Below are positions 1 through 10,057 of a stretch of DNA of 64,000 nucleotides, piece after piece. The position numbers were made by a program, and so were the translations under genes. Origin of the DNA: an uncultured Candidatus Saccharibacteria bacterium (GTDB taxonomy: Bacteria > Patescibacteriota > Minisyncoccia > Phycocordibacterales > UBA1006); contig CAZROP010000003.1 in NCBI GenBank assembly GCA_964601935.1, positions 3,366 through 67,365 of the forward strand. The letters run 5' to 3'. The notes beneath the pieces were generated by a model. That model searched no databases. It had not been told where the DNA came from and saw only the letters and a program-made list of their open reading frames with translations. Each line of letters begins with the position of its first letter. Position 1 is the first letter of the stretch.

Positions 1-1830
1 AGGTGGCGCGGTAATGGGTGGAAGACTACAGCAACAGCAGCAAGCCAAACTGTGGAGTTTCGTGCTGACGTGTTGCCTGTGCAGGGGGCTGCAAATCCTA
101 CTGGAACATGGCGACTGGGTGCGAGCATCAATGGGGGCGCATATCTCGATGGTATTATTGGTGTTACTTCGGGTGGAACAGGTAATACGACATCTATAGA
201 TATTGGTAACTTGAACGGTACAGGTGCTAGTGTGCGACTAGGTGGAACATCGGGAAATGTTCAAATGAACGCGGGTTACAACAATACATTCGCTGCTAAT
301 CGACTCACATTCTATAGTGGTGGTAATCAGAGTAGTATCCAAGGGTTTACAGGTGGCACGAATGTGGGTGTCGCAATAGGATATGCCCAGACTGGAACTA
401 ACCCAGGTGGTGCGAACACAACACTTTCAATCTTAGGTGCAAATGCGTTAAATACGGGTAAGGCATTAATGATTGAAAATAGCTCGCTGACTGATATATT
501 TACCGTTTTTAATAACGGTGACATTGATTATGGAGTATCAGGAGGTGGGAGGTATCGCGCTACATCAGGGGCGCACTCTATTGATCGCGGTAGCCTTTCA
601 ATACTTTATGACGGTGTAAACCCATCTTTTTCCCTTACTTCTTTTACTGCAGCACCTGTTGCTGGTACAATTACTGCAGCTTCGAGTAGTCCTGCTTTTG
701 CACCGACTTCAGGAACAGCACTTATGAATCTAGTGAGTTTGGCGCCTGTTATCAACCAAACCGGCGGAGCAAGCGGAATAACACGTGGAGTGTACATCAA
801 CCCAACATTGACCGCTGCTGCAGATTTTCGAGGATTAGAATTAGGTAATGGTCGTATATTACAAACAGACACCTATTCTTCAGGTTCAGGTTCGCTCGCA
901 CGATCTAGTTTGGAAAGTGCAGTGACCTGGAACACATCGGGTGCTCCTACTGCATGGAAATTAAATGTAACAGATACTGCAAGTGATGCAGCATCGCTCC
1001 TATTGGACCTGCAAACAGGTGGTACGAGTAGGTTCAAGGTGGCAAAGACGGGATCTACAACAATCGGTAGTACAGCCGTTGCTGATGGAACAAATTTGTT
1101 GAGATTAGAAGACGCAGACAGTGTGTGTGATTTTACCGCAAATGCCGGATCACCTGCGTGTGGGTCAGACGAGACCCTCAAAAAAGATATAGAGGAGTTG
1201 GAGATAGAAAGTATTTTGGCAAAGGTCTCTGCTCTACGACCGGTATCATTCCAGTGGAAGACAGATGGCGAAAACTCTCCAACGCAATTTGGATTTATTG
1301 CTCAGGAGGTAGGACAGCAGTTCCCTGAATTAGTAACTGAAAACACCTGGATAGATGGCACACAGAGAAAGTTCCTCAACACAGGAGGGTTGATGCCATA
1401 TGTGGTAGGCGCGATAAAACAGCTGGAGGTACGCTTGGCAGTTCTCGAAGAAAAGATAGGAGGTGTATTCGAAACATTATTTGCAAAAAAGGTTGAAACA
1501 GAGGAGCTCTGCGTAAAAGATGCTTCAGGTGCAAAGACCTGTATTACCAAGGCACAGTTGGATGCATTGCTATCGAATGCTGCTAGCGCAGGCTCATCAC
1601 AGACACCACCACCTAATACAGAAGATGATGTGCCGCCGTCAGATAACATACTACCAATAGGCGGTGATACTTCTCCACAAGAAGAGATTATTGTCGATGA
1701 TGAGGGTGGTGTGTCAGAAGAAAACACACCCGAAGAAAGTATCGTAGAAGATATTGTGCCAGAAGAAATTACTAACGAGAATATTCCAGAACAAGAAGTT
1801 AACCATGAAGTAATTGAGCCTACCATATGA
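1..1830 (+). CDS. Partial CDS with the 5' end outside the window. Gly/Thr/Asn-rich fibre-like surface protein with a C-terminal peptidase S74 (phage tail-fibre/endosialidase intramolecular chaperone) domain
   Basis: Frame 1 is open from nt 1; the listed GTG at 52 is internal. The N-terminal ~380 aa are G/T/N-rich beta-helix/fibre-like repeats. The C-terminus (DETLKKDIEELEIE...FQWKTDG...FGFIAQEVGQQFPELV...LMPYVVGAIKQLEVRLAVLEEKI) matches the auto-cleaving chaperone domain of phage tail spikes. Confidence 0.55.
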   Translation, partial: RWRGNGWKTTATAASQTVEFRADVLPVQGAANPTGTWRLGASINGGAYLDGIIGVTSGGTGNTTSIDIGNLNGTGASVRLGGTSGNVQMNAGYNNTFAANRLTFYSGGNQSSIQGFTGGTNVGVAIGYAQTGTNPGGANTTLSILGANALNTGKALMIENSSLTDIFTVFNNGDIDYGVSGGGRYRATSGAHSIDRGSLSILYDGVNPSFSLTSFTAAPVAGTITAASSSPAFAPTSGTALMNLVSLAPVINQTGGASGITRGVYINPTLTAAADFRGLELGNGRILQTDTYSSGSGSLARSSLESAVTWNTSGAPTAWKLNVTDTASDAASLLLDLQTGGTSRFKVAKTGSTTIGSTAVADGTNLLRLEDADSVCDFTANAGSPACGSDETLKKDIEELEIESILAKVSALRPVSFQWKTDGENSPTQFGFIAQEVGQQFPELVTENTWIDGTQRKFLNTGGLMPYVVGAIKQLEVRLAVLEEKIGGVFETLFAKKVETEELCVKDASGAKTCITKAQLDALLSNAASAGSSQTPPPNTEDDVPPSDNILPIGGDTSPQEEIIVDDEGGVSEENTPEESIVEDIVPEEITNENIPEQEVNHEVIEPTI

Positions 1831-3116
1831 TGACCACTCGATCGTATCTATTTTTGATAATATTTTTTCTGGTGAGCATAGGTTCGGTGTTTGCATCTGA
1901 ATCGAATGGTACTATTAATAGTGCTGCTAAATATTCGCGTATTTGTAGAAATGCACCGTGTTCGGTCTATAGTACAGTTAATTGGAAGCCAACAGGTACA
2001 ACGCCTGTAACAATCACGGATTCAGGGATTTCAGGATATGCATGGGGTGATGAGATTGGCTGGATCAATCTGGCGCCAACAGGAGCAGGGGTTACGGTCA
2101 ATCCTAGCACGGGCGCATTATCTGGCTATGCGTATTCTAATGTCAGTGGTTGGATTAATTTCAATCCAACAGATGTCCCGGGTGGAACTGATGTCGGTGT
2201 TTCGATTAACGGCAGTGGCGAGTTTGTGGGATGGGCGTGGGTGTCGAGTGCTCGTGGAGGGTGGATGAAATTTGACTGCACGTTATTGGCTACCTGTGTG
2301 ACTACTGATTGGCGCCCAATACCCAATAGAACAGTTGGCCCGGGCGGCGGTGGTGGAGGAGGGGGCGGCGGGGTAGGTGATGGCGGTACTGTTACTGGAA
2401 TTACTCTATCAGGAAGAGCATTCCCGTTGAGTAAAGTCACTGTGTTAAAGGATGGGCAATTTGCGCTATCTACAATCGCTGGACCTGATGCGCGTTTTGA
2501 AACAACTATTACTGATCTGACGTCGGGAACGTATACGTTTACCTTGTACACAGAGGATTCTGAGGGCAGGAGATCGGGGTCGTTCACTGCTCCGGTGCAG
2601 TTCACCGTTGGAACTGCTGCAAAGATAGGGGGAATATTTTTAGCACCCTCTATCGGAGTAGATAAAAGCGAGGTGAAGTATGGGGATAATATTGCCATAT
2701 TCGGTCAGTCTGTACCTGCTGCAACTGTGACGATATCAGTACATTCGCCAGAGGAAATATTCGTCAACGCTGTTACTGATACAGAGGGTGTATACTTGCA
2801 CGATTTCGACACTACGCAGTTATCATTGGGTGATCACGAAACAAAAGCAAAGGCAAAACAAGATAACCAGATTAGTAATTTCGGAGGATCAGTCGGGTTC
2901 AAGGTGGGTAATCGCAACGTTCCCATTGATGAGGAGGTAGAAGATTGTAAACAGCGAGGTGATGTAAATGGTGATTGTAGGGTCAACCTAGTAGATTTTG
3001 CGATTGCGGCATACTGGTACAAACGGTCAGCGCCACCAAAAGCCCCAGATATTAATGGTGACGGAAAGGTGGATCTGATAGATCTCAGTATCATGGCATT
3101 TAATTGGACAGGATAA
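1827..3116 (+). CDS. Secreted protein with a poly-Gly linker and C-terminal dockerin-like tandem Ca-binding repeats
   Basis: N-terminal signal peptide (MMTTRSYLFLIIFFLVSIGSVFASE). There is a G10 run. The C-terminus DVNGDCRVNLVDFAIAAYWY...DINGDGKVDLIDLSIMAFNW is a dockerin type-I-like duplicated EF-hand-like segment. Confidence 0.5.
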   Translation: MMTTRSYLFLIIFFLVSIGSVFASESNGTINSAAKYSRICRNAPCSVYSTVNWKPTGTTPVTITDSGISGYAWGDEIGWINLAPTGAGVTVNPSTGALSGYAYSNVSGWINFNPTDVPGGTDVGVSINGSGEFVGWAWVSSARGGWMKFDCTLLATCVTTDWRPIPNRTVGPGGGGGGGGGGVGDGGTVTGITLSGRAFPLSKVTVLKDGQFALSTIAGPDARFETTITDLTSGTYTFTLYTEDSEGRRSGSFTAPVQFTVGTAAKIGGIFLAPSIGVDKSEVKYGDNIAIFGQSVPAATVTISVHSPEEIFVNAVTDTEGVYLHDFDTTQLSLGDHETKAKAKQDNQISNFGGSVGFKVGNRNVPIDEEVEDCKQRGDVNGDCRVNLVDFAIAAYWYKRSAPPKAPDINGDGKVDLIDLSIMAFNWTG

Positions 3117-4147
3117 TACATATGAACACAAACTCTCAAGCAACATATCGTCGTAATATCATTTCAAACTGTGTTTCCATAAAGTCCTGCAAAACTCACA
3201 GAGCTCGAACAGTTTCGGACTTTTGGAAATCACAGCTGGAACGTCTCCCCAAAGCAGTTTTGAATTTCCGAAAAATAATCCATGAATTCCATTCTGGTTT
3301 TTCAGCGGTTTTATTTATCTTGGGAATGTTAGCACTGTTCCCTGGTATCGCGTTCGCTGCAGATATATCTATTATTTCTAAGGAATCTGTTGTAGGTATA
3401 GGGGAATTTGTACATGTTCAGGTTAGCATATCGAGCGAGCAAGAGGCAATTAATGCCGTAGAGGGCAGCATTGTATTTCCTGCAGATCTGCTGGAGCTTT
3501 CTCGGATTGAGGATGGGAATTCAACTATTTTGTTCTGGTTAGAGCGGCCGAAAGAACGTATCAAAGGAGAACTATATTTCTCGGGAATTATACCTGGCGG
3601 GTATCAGAAGTCTGATGGCAATGTCTTTCAGTTGGTATTCAAAGTTCGTGGTTCCGGCAAGGTAACAATTCAGGGTAAGGACATGCGAGTACTAAAAAAT
3701 GACGGAGATGGAACACTGGCAACGGTCACAATATCTCCTGCGACTGTTACTACGCAGCTAGCATCAACACATCAGGCGCAGGATAGAGAGTCAGAGGATA
3801 CAGACCCGCCAGAACCATTTACTGTTGAGGTTGTACAGGATACCAATCTGTTTAACAATGCATGGTTTTTGGTTTTTGCGACACAGGACAAAGGGGTAGG
3901 TGTCGATCGATATGAAATATGCGAAGGTAAAACTTGTACCACAGGAGACAGTCCTTATCCTCTTCAAAACCAGAAACTATCTGATACAATTATCGTGAGA
4001 GCAATTGACAAAAACGGAAACGAAAGAATTGCCAAGGTTCCAGGATCGTATACTAGTACACTGATCATTGTACTGGCAGTCGCAATCGTTGTATGTATCA
4101 TAATCTTTTTACGAAATCGAATCTCAAAACTATTATGGAGGCGGTAA
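3104..4147 (+). CDS. Membrane-anchored protein with an N-terminal cohesin-like beta-sandwich domain. The start codon is uncertain
   Basis: The signal-like segment LFILGMLALFPGIAFA is followed by a ~140 aa domain with a cohesin-like pattern (GEFVHVQVSISS...AVEGSIVFPADLLEL...). There is a C-terminal TM helix (LIIVLAVAIVVCIIIF). It is paralogous to the next gene. Confidence 0.4.
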   Translation: MDRIIHMNTNSQATYRRNIISNCVSIKSCKTHRARTVSDFWKSQLERLPKAVLNFRKIIHEFHSGFSAVLFILGMLALFPGIAFAADISIISKESVVGIGEFVHVQVSISSEQEAINAVEGSIVFPADLLELSRIEDGNSTILFWLERPKERIKGELYFSGIIPGGYQKSDGNVFQLVFKVRGSGKVTIQGKDMRVLKNDGDGTLATVTISPATVTTQLASTHQAQDRESEDTDPPEPFTVEVVQDTNLFNNAWFLVFATQDKGVGVDRYEICEGKTCTTGDSPYPLQNQKLSDTIIVRAIDKNGNERIAKVPGSYTSTLIIVLAVAIVVCIIIFLRNRISKLLWRR

Positions 4148-5253
4148 ATCGCAAGCTATGGGTTCTTGCCGTCCTTTTGATCCTGCCTTTTTCTGCAGAC
4201 GCGGCATCTCTGGTGCTCTCGCCACCATCTGATACGTGTACTGTAGGGTCGGATTGTAAAATGGTGGTGCGCGTATCCAGTACTGACTCGGTCAGTGCAG
4301 CAGAGGGTGTTATTTCTTTTCCTTCGGATAAACTAGAGGTTAAAAGCATCTTTAAATCACCATCAGTATTCAATCTATGGATTCAAGAACCTGGGTATTC
4401 TAATTCCAAAGGTACGGTAAATTTCGAAGGCGTAGTTCTGAACCCGGGCTTTACCGGGAATGGAACTATTCTGACTATTGTATTTCGGGCAAAGTCAGCA
4501 GGTACCGCATCATTATCATTTTCTTCGGCACAGGTGCTCGCTAATGATGGGCTCGGAACTAATATACTGAGTTCACGTGGGAAGGGTACGCTTACTCTGG
4601 TGCAGGCGCCTGTAAAAGAGCCTGAACCTGTTGTAAAGCCAGAGCCTATTCCTGTAGCGCCTCCAGTACCAGTACCTGTAGAGATTCCTGAACCCGTTGT
4701 TCCTATTCCAGAAATTCAGGTAATAACACCAGATCTTTCTACTTTGGCTGCAGACAAAGAGATAGATTCTTCTGTTTCCTGGAAGCTGAGCGATAACCTA
4801 GTCCGTATCCTTTCTATTGCCGCACCACTGCTACTTCTATTACTGCTAATCGGAGTACTCACGAGATCTTCTCGCGATAGGAAGCTGAGCGACAAGAAGA
4901 TGCTATTCGAGGCGCGTGTCAAAGCATACTCTGCTATTACAGGGCGTATATTCAATCTATTCTTGGATCCTGATATTACCACGCTATCGGATGGTGCTGT
5001 TATGTGGGCAAAGTTGAATCAGCTGCTGTCAGAGGCGATGTTGGTTGCAAGCCATGCGTTGGCAAATCTACTGGTTGAGTACAAGGTCAAAGTCTTTGAA
5101 TTCCATCAGTCATTGAACAAGAAAAACGAGAGCGAAACGCAGCGGCTGCATGCTGAGCTGGTACGACTGGTTGGCAGAATCCATGCCCAGATGAGAAAGG
5201 AATTGCATGTAGATAATAAATCTGTATTTAATGATGAGGGTAAGATTTCATAG
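4135..5253 (+). CDS. Cohesin-like domain membrane protein, paralogous to the upstream gene, with a Pro-rich linker, a TM helix and a cytoplasmic tail
   Basis: Signal peptide MEAVNRKLWVLAVLLILPFSADA. The cohesin-like block aligns with the upstream gene (VRVSSTDSVSAAEGVISFPSDKLEV / VQVSISSEQEAINAVEGSIVFPADLLEL). The PEPVVKPEPIPVAPPVPVPVEIPEP linker is followed by a TM segment. Confidence 0.45.
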   Translation: MEAVNRKLWVLAVLLILPFSADAASLVLSPPSDTCTVGSDCKMVVRVSSTDSVSAAEGVISFPSDKLEVKSIFKSPSVFNLWIQEPGYSNSKGTVNFEGVVLNPGFTGNGTILTIVFRAKSAGTASLSFSSAQVLANDGLGTNILSSRGKGTLTLVQAPVKEPEPVVKPEPIPVAPPVPVPVEIPEPVVPIPEIQVITPDLSTLAADKEIDSSVSWKLSDNLVRILSIAAPLLLLLLLIGVLTRSSRDRKLSDKKMLFEARVKAYSAITGRIFNLFLDPDITTLSDGAVMWAKLNQLLSEAMLVASHALANLLVEYKVKVFEFHQSLNKKNESETQRLHAELVRLVGRIHAQMRKELHVDNKSVFNDEGKIS

Positions 5254-5320
5254 TCGCAAGCCTCTTTTTAACTCTGAAGAGTGGCTGTGGACAGGGTGTC
5301 TGTAGTAGCGGGACTGATTC

Positions 5321-5329
5321 TGTTATAAT
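5321..5329 (+). promoter_or_regulatory. Candidate extended -10 promoter element (TGnTATAAT) upstream of the SBBP repeat gene
   Basis: TGTTATAAT lies ~55 nt upstream of the ATG at 5384. No clear -35 was found. Confidence 0.25.
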
Positions 5330-5383
5330 GATTATCTATACAGTTCTTGCAGCTTGTTTATTCAGTAATATAACTAATTTATT

Positions 5384-8300
5384 ATGACGACGATGTCCAA
5401 AATCATTCGCTCTTTCTCTATCGGTTTATTGTCAGTACAGATTATAGGGGGGCATAGTGTGTACGCGCTATCTCAACCTATTATTGCTACCCCTGATTTA
5501 TCTGCTCCGATCCGTTCCCATATTGAAAGCGGCAGGGTTGCGCTCCCTTTTATTAAAAATAATGGACAATATTCGATACCTGAAAAGGTAAAATACTATG
5601 TTGATACGTTCGCAGGGACAGTGTTCGTAGAGCGGAACCGCTTGGTCTATTCTTTGCCCGATGTTGGTAATGAATCTAGCCGATATATTATTTCCGAGTC
5701 ATTTGTGGCGCCTGATATCAGGAGGAAAGTGCATCAAGTAGTCCCGTCAGAGACTCAGGTATCTTATTTTTTGGGAAAAGATAAGTCTGGATGGACGAAG
5801 GGTGTTCCTACTGCGCACGAGATCAGTTTGGGTAACGTTTGGAATGGCATAGAAGTATCGCTCAAAGCGTATAATAACACTATCGAGAAGATATTCACTG
5901 TTTTGCCCGAAGGTAGCGTGTCAGACATTAACATGTCGCTAGATGGTGTGACTTCTTCGCGAATTAACGAGTACGGAGAACTGGTATTGGTTACTCCTGA
6001 AGGAGAGCTTGTCATGTCAGCACCTATTGCCTTTCAGAATATTGACGGCAAGAAAGTGTCTCGTAATGTCGTCTATGTTGTATCCAATAATCACTACGGG
6101 TTTTCTGTTCCAGAATACGATCACCGCTATCCATTGGTTATCGATCCATTGATACAGAGTACGTATCTGGGTGGTTCAGGTACTGAAGAAGTCCTCGGGT
6201 CACCGCTATCCATTGATTCTTCCGGTAATGTTTACTTTTTAGGTGTCACGGCATCGAGTAGTTACCCAGGAGTAGCGGGCGGCTATCAGTCGGTAAAATC
6301 TACCGGTAATGATATAGTAATTTCAAAATTGAACAGTAGTCTGACTACCTTGATACAATCTACCTACTTGGGCGGTACAGGTGATGATGTTGCTACGCGC
6401 GGATATGTGGCGTTCGATTCCTCGGGCAATGCATATGTGTTAGGTACTTCGAACTCAACAGATTTTCCAGGAGTAGCGGGCGGCTATCAGTCGGTAAAAT
6501 CTACTGGGTATGACTTTGTTATCTCAAAATTGAATAATAGCCTAACGACACTCATTCAGTCGACATACGTAGGGGGTGTTGGCACAGAAGCTGCCTATGG
6601 AGCAGTATCGTTCGATTCGACAGGTAACTTATTTTTCATGGGAGCCAATAGTGGCGGGGGGTTCCCTGGGACTACAGGAGGATACCAGACCGCTAATGCA
6701 GGTGGCGGAGGAGATCTAGTTATCGTGAAGATGAATAGCGGGCTGACGTCATTAGCACAAGCTACCTATTTAGGTGGTGCTGGGCTCGAGAATGGATTCG
6801 AGCGTGTAGCATTCGACGCAAGTGATAATGTATATGTGACAGGTCATTCAACTGCAGCGGGTTTCCCTGGTACAACCGGAGGTGCTCAGCCTGCATACGC
6901 AGGAGGTGGCAGCGACATTATTGTGGCAAAGCTCAATAACGCATTAACAAGTCTGATACAGTCTACCTATCTAGGTGGAACTGGTGTTGACGCCACCTAC
7001 GGTATGGTAACATTCGATACAGGCGGAAATATCTATATTACAGGTGAAACAACCTCTACTAATTTCCCTGGGACTACAGGAGGATACCAGTCTGCAAAGT
7101 CAGGAAGTGATGATTTCATTATTACAAAATTGAATAATGGATTAACATCAATAATACAATCTACCTATCTGGGCGGTACTGGTAGCGATTGGGCTGATGG
7201 GTCAGTACGCCTGGATTCTACCGGGAATGTATTTATTGGGGGTAAGACGTCATCCTCAGATTTTCCAGGTACTACTGGCGGATATCAGAGTAGTTATGCA
7301 GGAAGTGGAGATCTCGTCATTGCAAAGCTAAATAGCGGATTGACATCGTTAACCCAGGCAACTTATCTAGGGGGAACCGGTCTGGAGGATACTGACGGGA
7401 CTGTATGGTTAGATACCGCAGGAAATGTGTATATTGGTACAGATACTTCATCTACTAACTTCCCAGGTACTACTGGTGGATACCAATCCGCAAATGCGGG
7501 CGGAGTTGACTTTATTATTGCAAAACTTACTAATGACTTGCAGGCAACGAAGGTTGCGAGTGTTGGTTCGTCTGCTGGTAATGGGAGTTATGGGGTAGGG
7601 GCGAGTATACCCATTGCTGTGCAGTTTAATGGTCCTGTAGTCGTAACAGGTACACCACGATTGACGTTAGAAACAGGTGGTACAGATGCAGTAGTTGATT
7701 ATACTTCCGGTTCGGGTACTAGTACTTTGATATTTACCTATACTGTCGGCGCAGGCCATACGAGTGCTGATTTGGATTATGGAGGAACTGGTTCACTAGC
7801 CCTGAATGGGGGAACTATCACTACTGCGGTAGATGGTTTTGCGGCTACGCTGACGTTGCCTACTCCTGGCGCAGCAAATAGTCTGGGTGCGAACAAGGCT
7901 CTCGTGATAGATACGACCGCGCCGAGCGCACCCAATGTATCACTCGTTACACCGGTAACCAGTACCACAGTCATGACTAACCCTGTCTCAGTGGCGGGAT
8001 CGGGCGGGTCTGTAGAGGCTAATAGCACAGTCACTCTTTTAGAAAATGGTGTTCCTGTCTGTACTAGTACGGCAGCTGGCGATGGTTCGTTTAGTTGTCT
8101 GCTCGGACAGGTGGGTGGTGTTCATTCGTACACGATAACAGCAACTGATAGTTCAGGAAATATATCTGTACCATCCGTATATTCATTGATGTATGCACTA
8201 TCTAGCGCTGGTGGATCTAGTGGTGGAGGCGGATACCTGGCTCCTTTCAATGCTATGGCGGCTCCAATAAGGACCGACTCGGTAACTACATCAAAGATTA

Positions 8301-8506
8301 CTGTGAGACAGGTTCAGGAGTGGTTGCGTAAATTAGGCTATACTCAAATTCATATAACAGGAAAGTATAATGTAGCAACAATAAAAGCGCTTCGAGCACT
8401 CAAAAAGCAGTACTCGATACAAACAAAGTATCCAATAAAGAAAATGATAACTGATCCTGTGGTAGTAGCAAAGCTGCAAGACTTAGTACTTCTCGGGGTG
8501 CGCTAG
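5384..8506 (+). CDS. Large secreted beta-propeller (SBBP-type) repeat protein with Ig-like segments and a C-terminal peptidoglycan-binding-like domain
   Basis: There are ~10 tandem ~67-aa repeats (L[TI]QSTYLGG[TS]G.D....FDSSGN.Y..G.T.S.DFPGTTGGYQS....D..I.KLN) typical of Pfam SBBP beta-propeller repeats. The C-terminal VRQVQEWLRKLGYTQIHITGKYNVATIKALRALKKQY resembles PG_binding_1. An N-terminal signal is present. Confidence 0.6.
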   Translation: MTTMSKIIRSFSIGLLSVQIIGGHSVYALSQPIIATPDLSAPIRSHIESGRVALPFIKNNGQYSIPEKVKYYVDTFAGTVFVERNRLVYSLPDVGNESSRYIISESFVAPDIRRKVHQVVPSETQVSYFLGKDKSGWTKGVPTAHEISLGNVWNGIEVSLKAYNNTIEKIFTVLPEGSVSDINMSLDGVTSSRINEYGELVLVTPEGELVMSAPIAFQNIDGKKVSRNVVYVVSNNHYGFSVPEYDHRYPLVIDPLIQSTYLGGSGTEEVLGSPLSIDSSGNVYFLGVTASSSYPGVAGGYQSVKSTGNDIVISKLNSSLTTLIQSTYLGGTGDDVATRGYVAFDSSGNAYVLGTSNSTDFPGVAGGYQSVKSTGYDFVISKLNNSLTTLIQSTYVGGVGTEAAYGAVSFDSTGNLFFMGANSGGGFPGTTGGYQTANAGGGGDLVIVKMNSGLTSLAQATYLGGAGLENGFERVAFDASDNVYVTGHSTAAGFPGTTGGAQPAYAGGGSDIIVAKLNNALTSLIQSTYLGGTGVDATYGMVTFDTGGNIYITGETTSTNFPGTTGGYQSAKSGSDDFIITKLNNGLTSIIQSTYLGGTGSDWADGSVRLDSTGNVFIGGKTSSSDFPGTTGGYQSSYAGSGDLVIAKLNSGLTSLTQATYLGGTGLEDTDGTVWLDTAGNVYIGTDTSSTNFPGTTGGYQSANAGGVDFIIAKLTNDLQATKVASVGSSAGNGSYGVGASIPIAVQFNGPVVVTGTPRLTLETGGTDAVVDYTSGSGTSTLIFTYTVGAGHTSADLDYGGTGSLALNGGTITTAVDGFAATLTLPTPGAANSLGANKALVIDTTAPSAPNVSLVTPVTSTTVMTNPVSVAGSGGSVEANSTVTLLENGVPVCTSTAAGDGSFSCLLGQVGGVHSYTITATDSSGNISVPSVYSLMYALSSAGGSSGGGGYLAPFNAMAAPIRTDSVTTSKITVRQVQEWLRKLGYTQIHITGKYNVATIKALRALKKQYSIQTKYPIKKMITDPVVVAKLQDLVLLGVR

Positions 8507-8547
8507 TCCAGTAAATCGTACATTCGAATAGTCTGTTGCTAATTTAT

Positions 8548-8580
8548 AAAAACTTGCCGCTACTATGCGGCAAGTTTTTG
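8548..8580. terminator. Bidirectional rho-independent terminator between the convergent SBBP gene and pyk
   Basis: AAAAACTTGCCGC-tactat-GCGGCAAGTTTTT is a perfect 13-nt stem with A/T runs on both sides. Confidence 0.6.
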
Positions 8581-8598
8581 ATCGTATATGTTTTCTAG

Positions 8599-10035
8599 TT
8601 ATAGAATAGTATGAACTATGATACTGTTTGTACTACCTGGTTCGCCCATGGGGAATCCTGCAGATACTATTACTTTCTCACCTTTCTTCATGTTGAATCG
8701 GTCACGAAGAATACTATTAAGCTCCTGTTCAACAATAGTGAATTGGGGTTCAGAGAATGCATGCATAACTGATCGTATTCCATACGATAATGTGAGTTGA
8801 TTTGCAACAGACTCATGCGGGGAAATCGCTATAATGCGTAGATCAGGGCGGAATCGTGCCAGTGTGCGTGGTGTGCCGCCTGTTTCTGTCAGGCACACCA
8901 ATGCCTGCGCCTCGATTGATTCGGCTAGGTGGATGATTGCTTCGGAGATTGCCTGGGTCTGTGTTTCAGAAATATCCACGATATGAGCAGTATTCATAGG
9001 CTCTATATCACGGGCAACGCGTGACATTACTGCAATGGATTCAACAGGGAATTTCCCTATAGAAGATTCGCCTGAAAGCATCACAGCGTCAGTACCATCG
9101 AGGATCGCGTTAGCTATATCGGACACCTCTGCACGCGTAGGAACAGGGGATTGCTCCATACTGTCGAGCATCTGTGTGGCGGTAATGACCGGCTTGCCGT
9201 AATTGCGGGCGATTTCAATCATGCGTTTCTGCTGGAGGGGGACATGTTCTGCACCGATTTCTACCGCCAAATCTCCACGTGCTACCATAATACCATCAGT
9301 CGCTGTTATGATTTCTTCCAGTTGCTCGATTGCTTCTTGAGTTTCTATCTTCGCAATGATGAGTGCTTGTGATCCAGCTTTCTTTAATATTTTTCGTAAA
9401 TCATCCACGTCTTTTGCGGTACGTACAAATGATAATGCTATAAAGTCTGCATTCTGTTGTATTGCGAACTTTACATCCTTTTTATCCTTGTCAGTCAGCG
9501 CAGGAATGGATAGATATGCTCCGGGAATATTCAACCCTTTTTTACTGCCCAACATTCCGCCTGTAATGACCTTGCATACAATTTCATCTTTGCTGTTGGT
9601 GGACAGTATCTCGAGCTTCTTTTTGCCGTCTTCTATCAGAATATGTCCGCCTTTTTTGACTTCGGCAGGCAGTGCTGCATAGTTGATACTAATACGTGAT
9701 GGGGTGCCAACGCATGGTTCTGTGGTGAGAGTTACCTTTGCGCCTTGCTTTAGCTCTATTGATCCGTTCGCTACCTCTCCTATACGGATTTTGGGACCAG
9801 CCAGATCTACCAAAATACCAACACGTTTGCGTACACTGGTCATTACTTCCCGCACTGTTACGATGCGTTCCGTATGTTCGTCATGGCTGCCATGAGACAT
9901 GTTGCAGCGCACCACATTCAGCCCAGACAGGATCATTTGTTTTAGTGTTGCTGGGTCAGACGATGCCGGTCCCAGTGTTGCGACTATTTTGGTTCTTTTA
10001 AGGCGTAGGTTTTCGGTTGCAGGGTGTAGTGACAT
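8599..10035 (-). CDS. pyk: Pyruvate kinase
   Basis: The sequence KTKIVATLGPAS...NVVRCNMSHGSHDEH...MVARGDLAVEIG carries the canonical PK motifs. I chose the MSLHP start because the longer N-terminus (to 10068) overlaps a terminator hairpin. Confidence 0.85.
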   Translation of the reverse strand: MSLHPATENLRLKRTKIVATLGPASSDPATLKQMILSGLNVVRCNMSHGSHDEHTERIVTVREVMTSVRKRVGILVDLAGPKIRIGEVANGSIELKQGAKVTLTTEPCVGTPSRISINYAALPAEVKKGGHILIEDGKKKLEILSTNSKDEIVCKVITGGMLGSKKGLNIPGAYLSIPALTDKDKKDVKFAIQQNADFIALSFVRTAKDVDDLRKILKKAGSQALIIAKIETQEAIEQLEEIITATDGIMVARGDLAVEIGAEHVPLQQKRMIEIARNYGKPVITATQMLDSMEQSPVPTRAEVSDIANAILDGTDAVMLSGESSIGKFPVESIAVMSRVARDIEPMNTAHIVDISETQTQAISEAIIHLAESIEAQALVCLTETGGTPRTLARFRPDLRIIAISPHESVANQLTLSYGIRSVMHAFSEPQFTIVEQELNSILRDRFNMKKGEKVIVSAGFPMGEPGSTNSIIVHTIL

Positions 10036-10057
10036 AGGGCTGTATTTTAGCATAGAT

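Noticed and set aside
2338-2380. Poly-glycine codon run as a possible slippage/phase-variation tract
   Set aside because: The DNA is a mix of ggc, ggt, gga and ggg codons and not a homopolymer or a perfect microsatellite. It is more likely a flexible linker.
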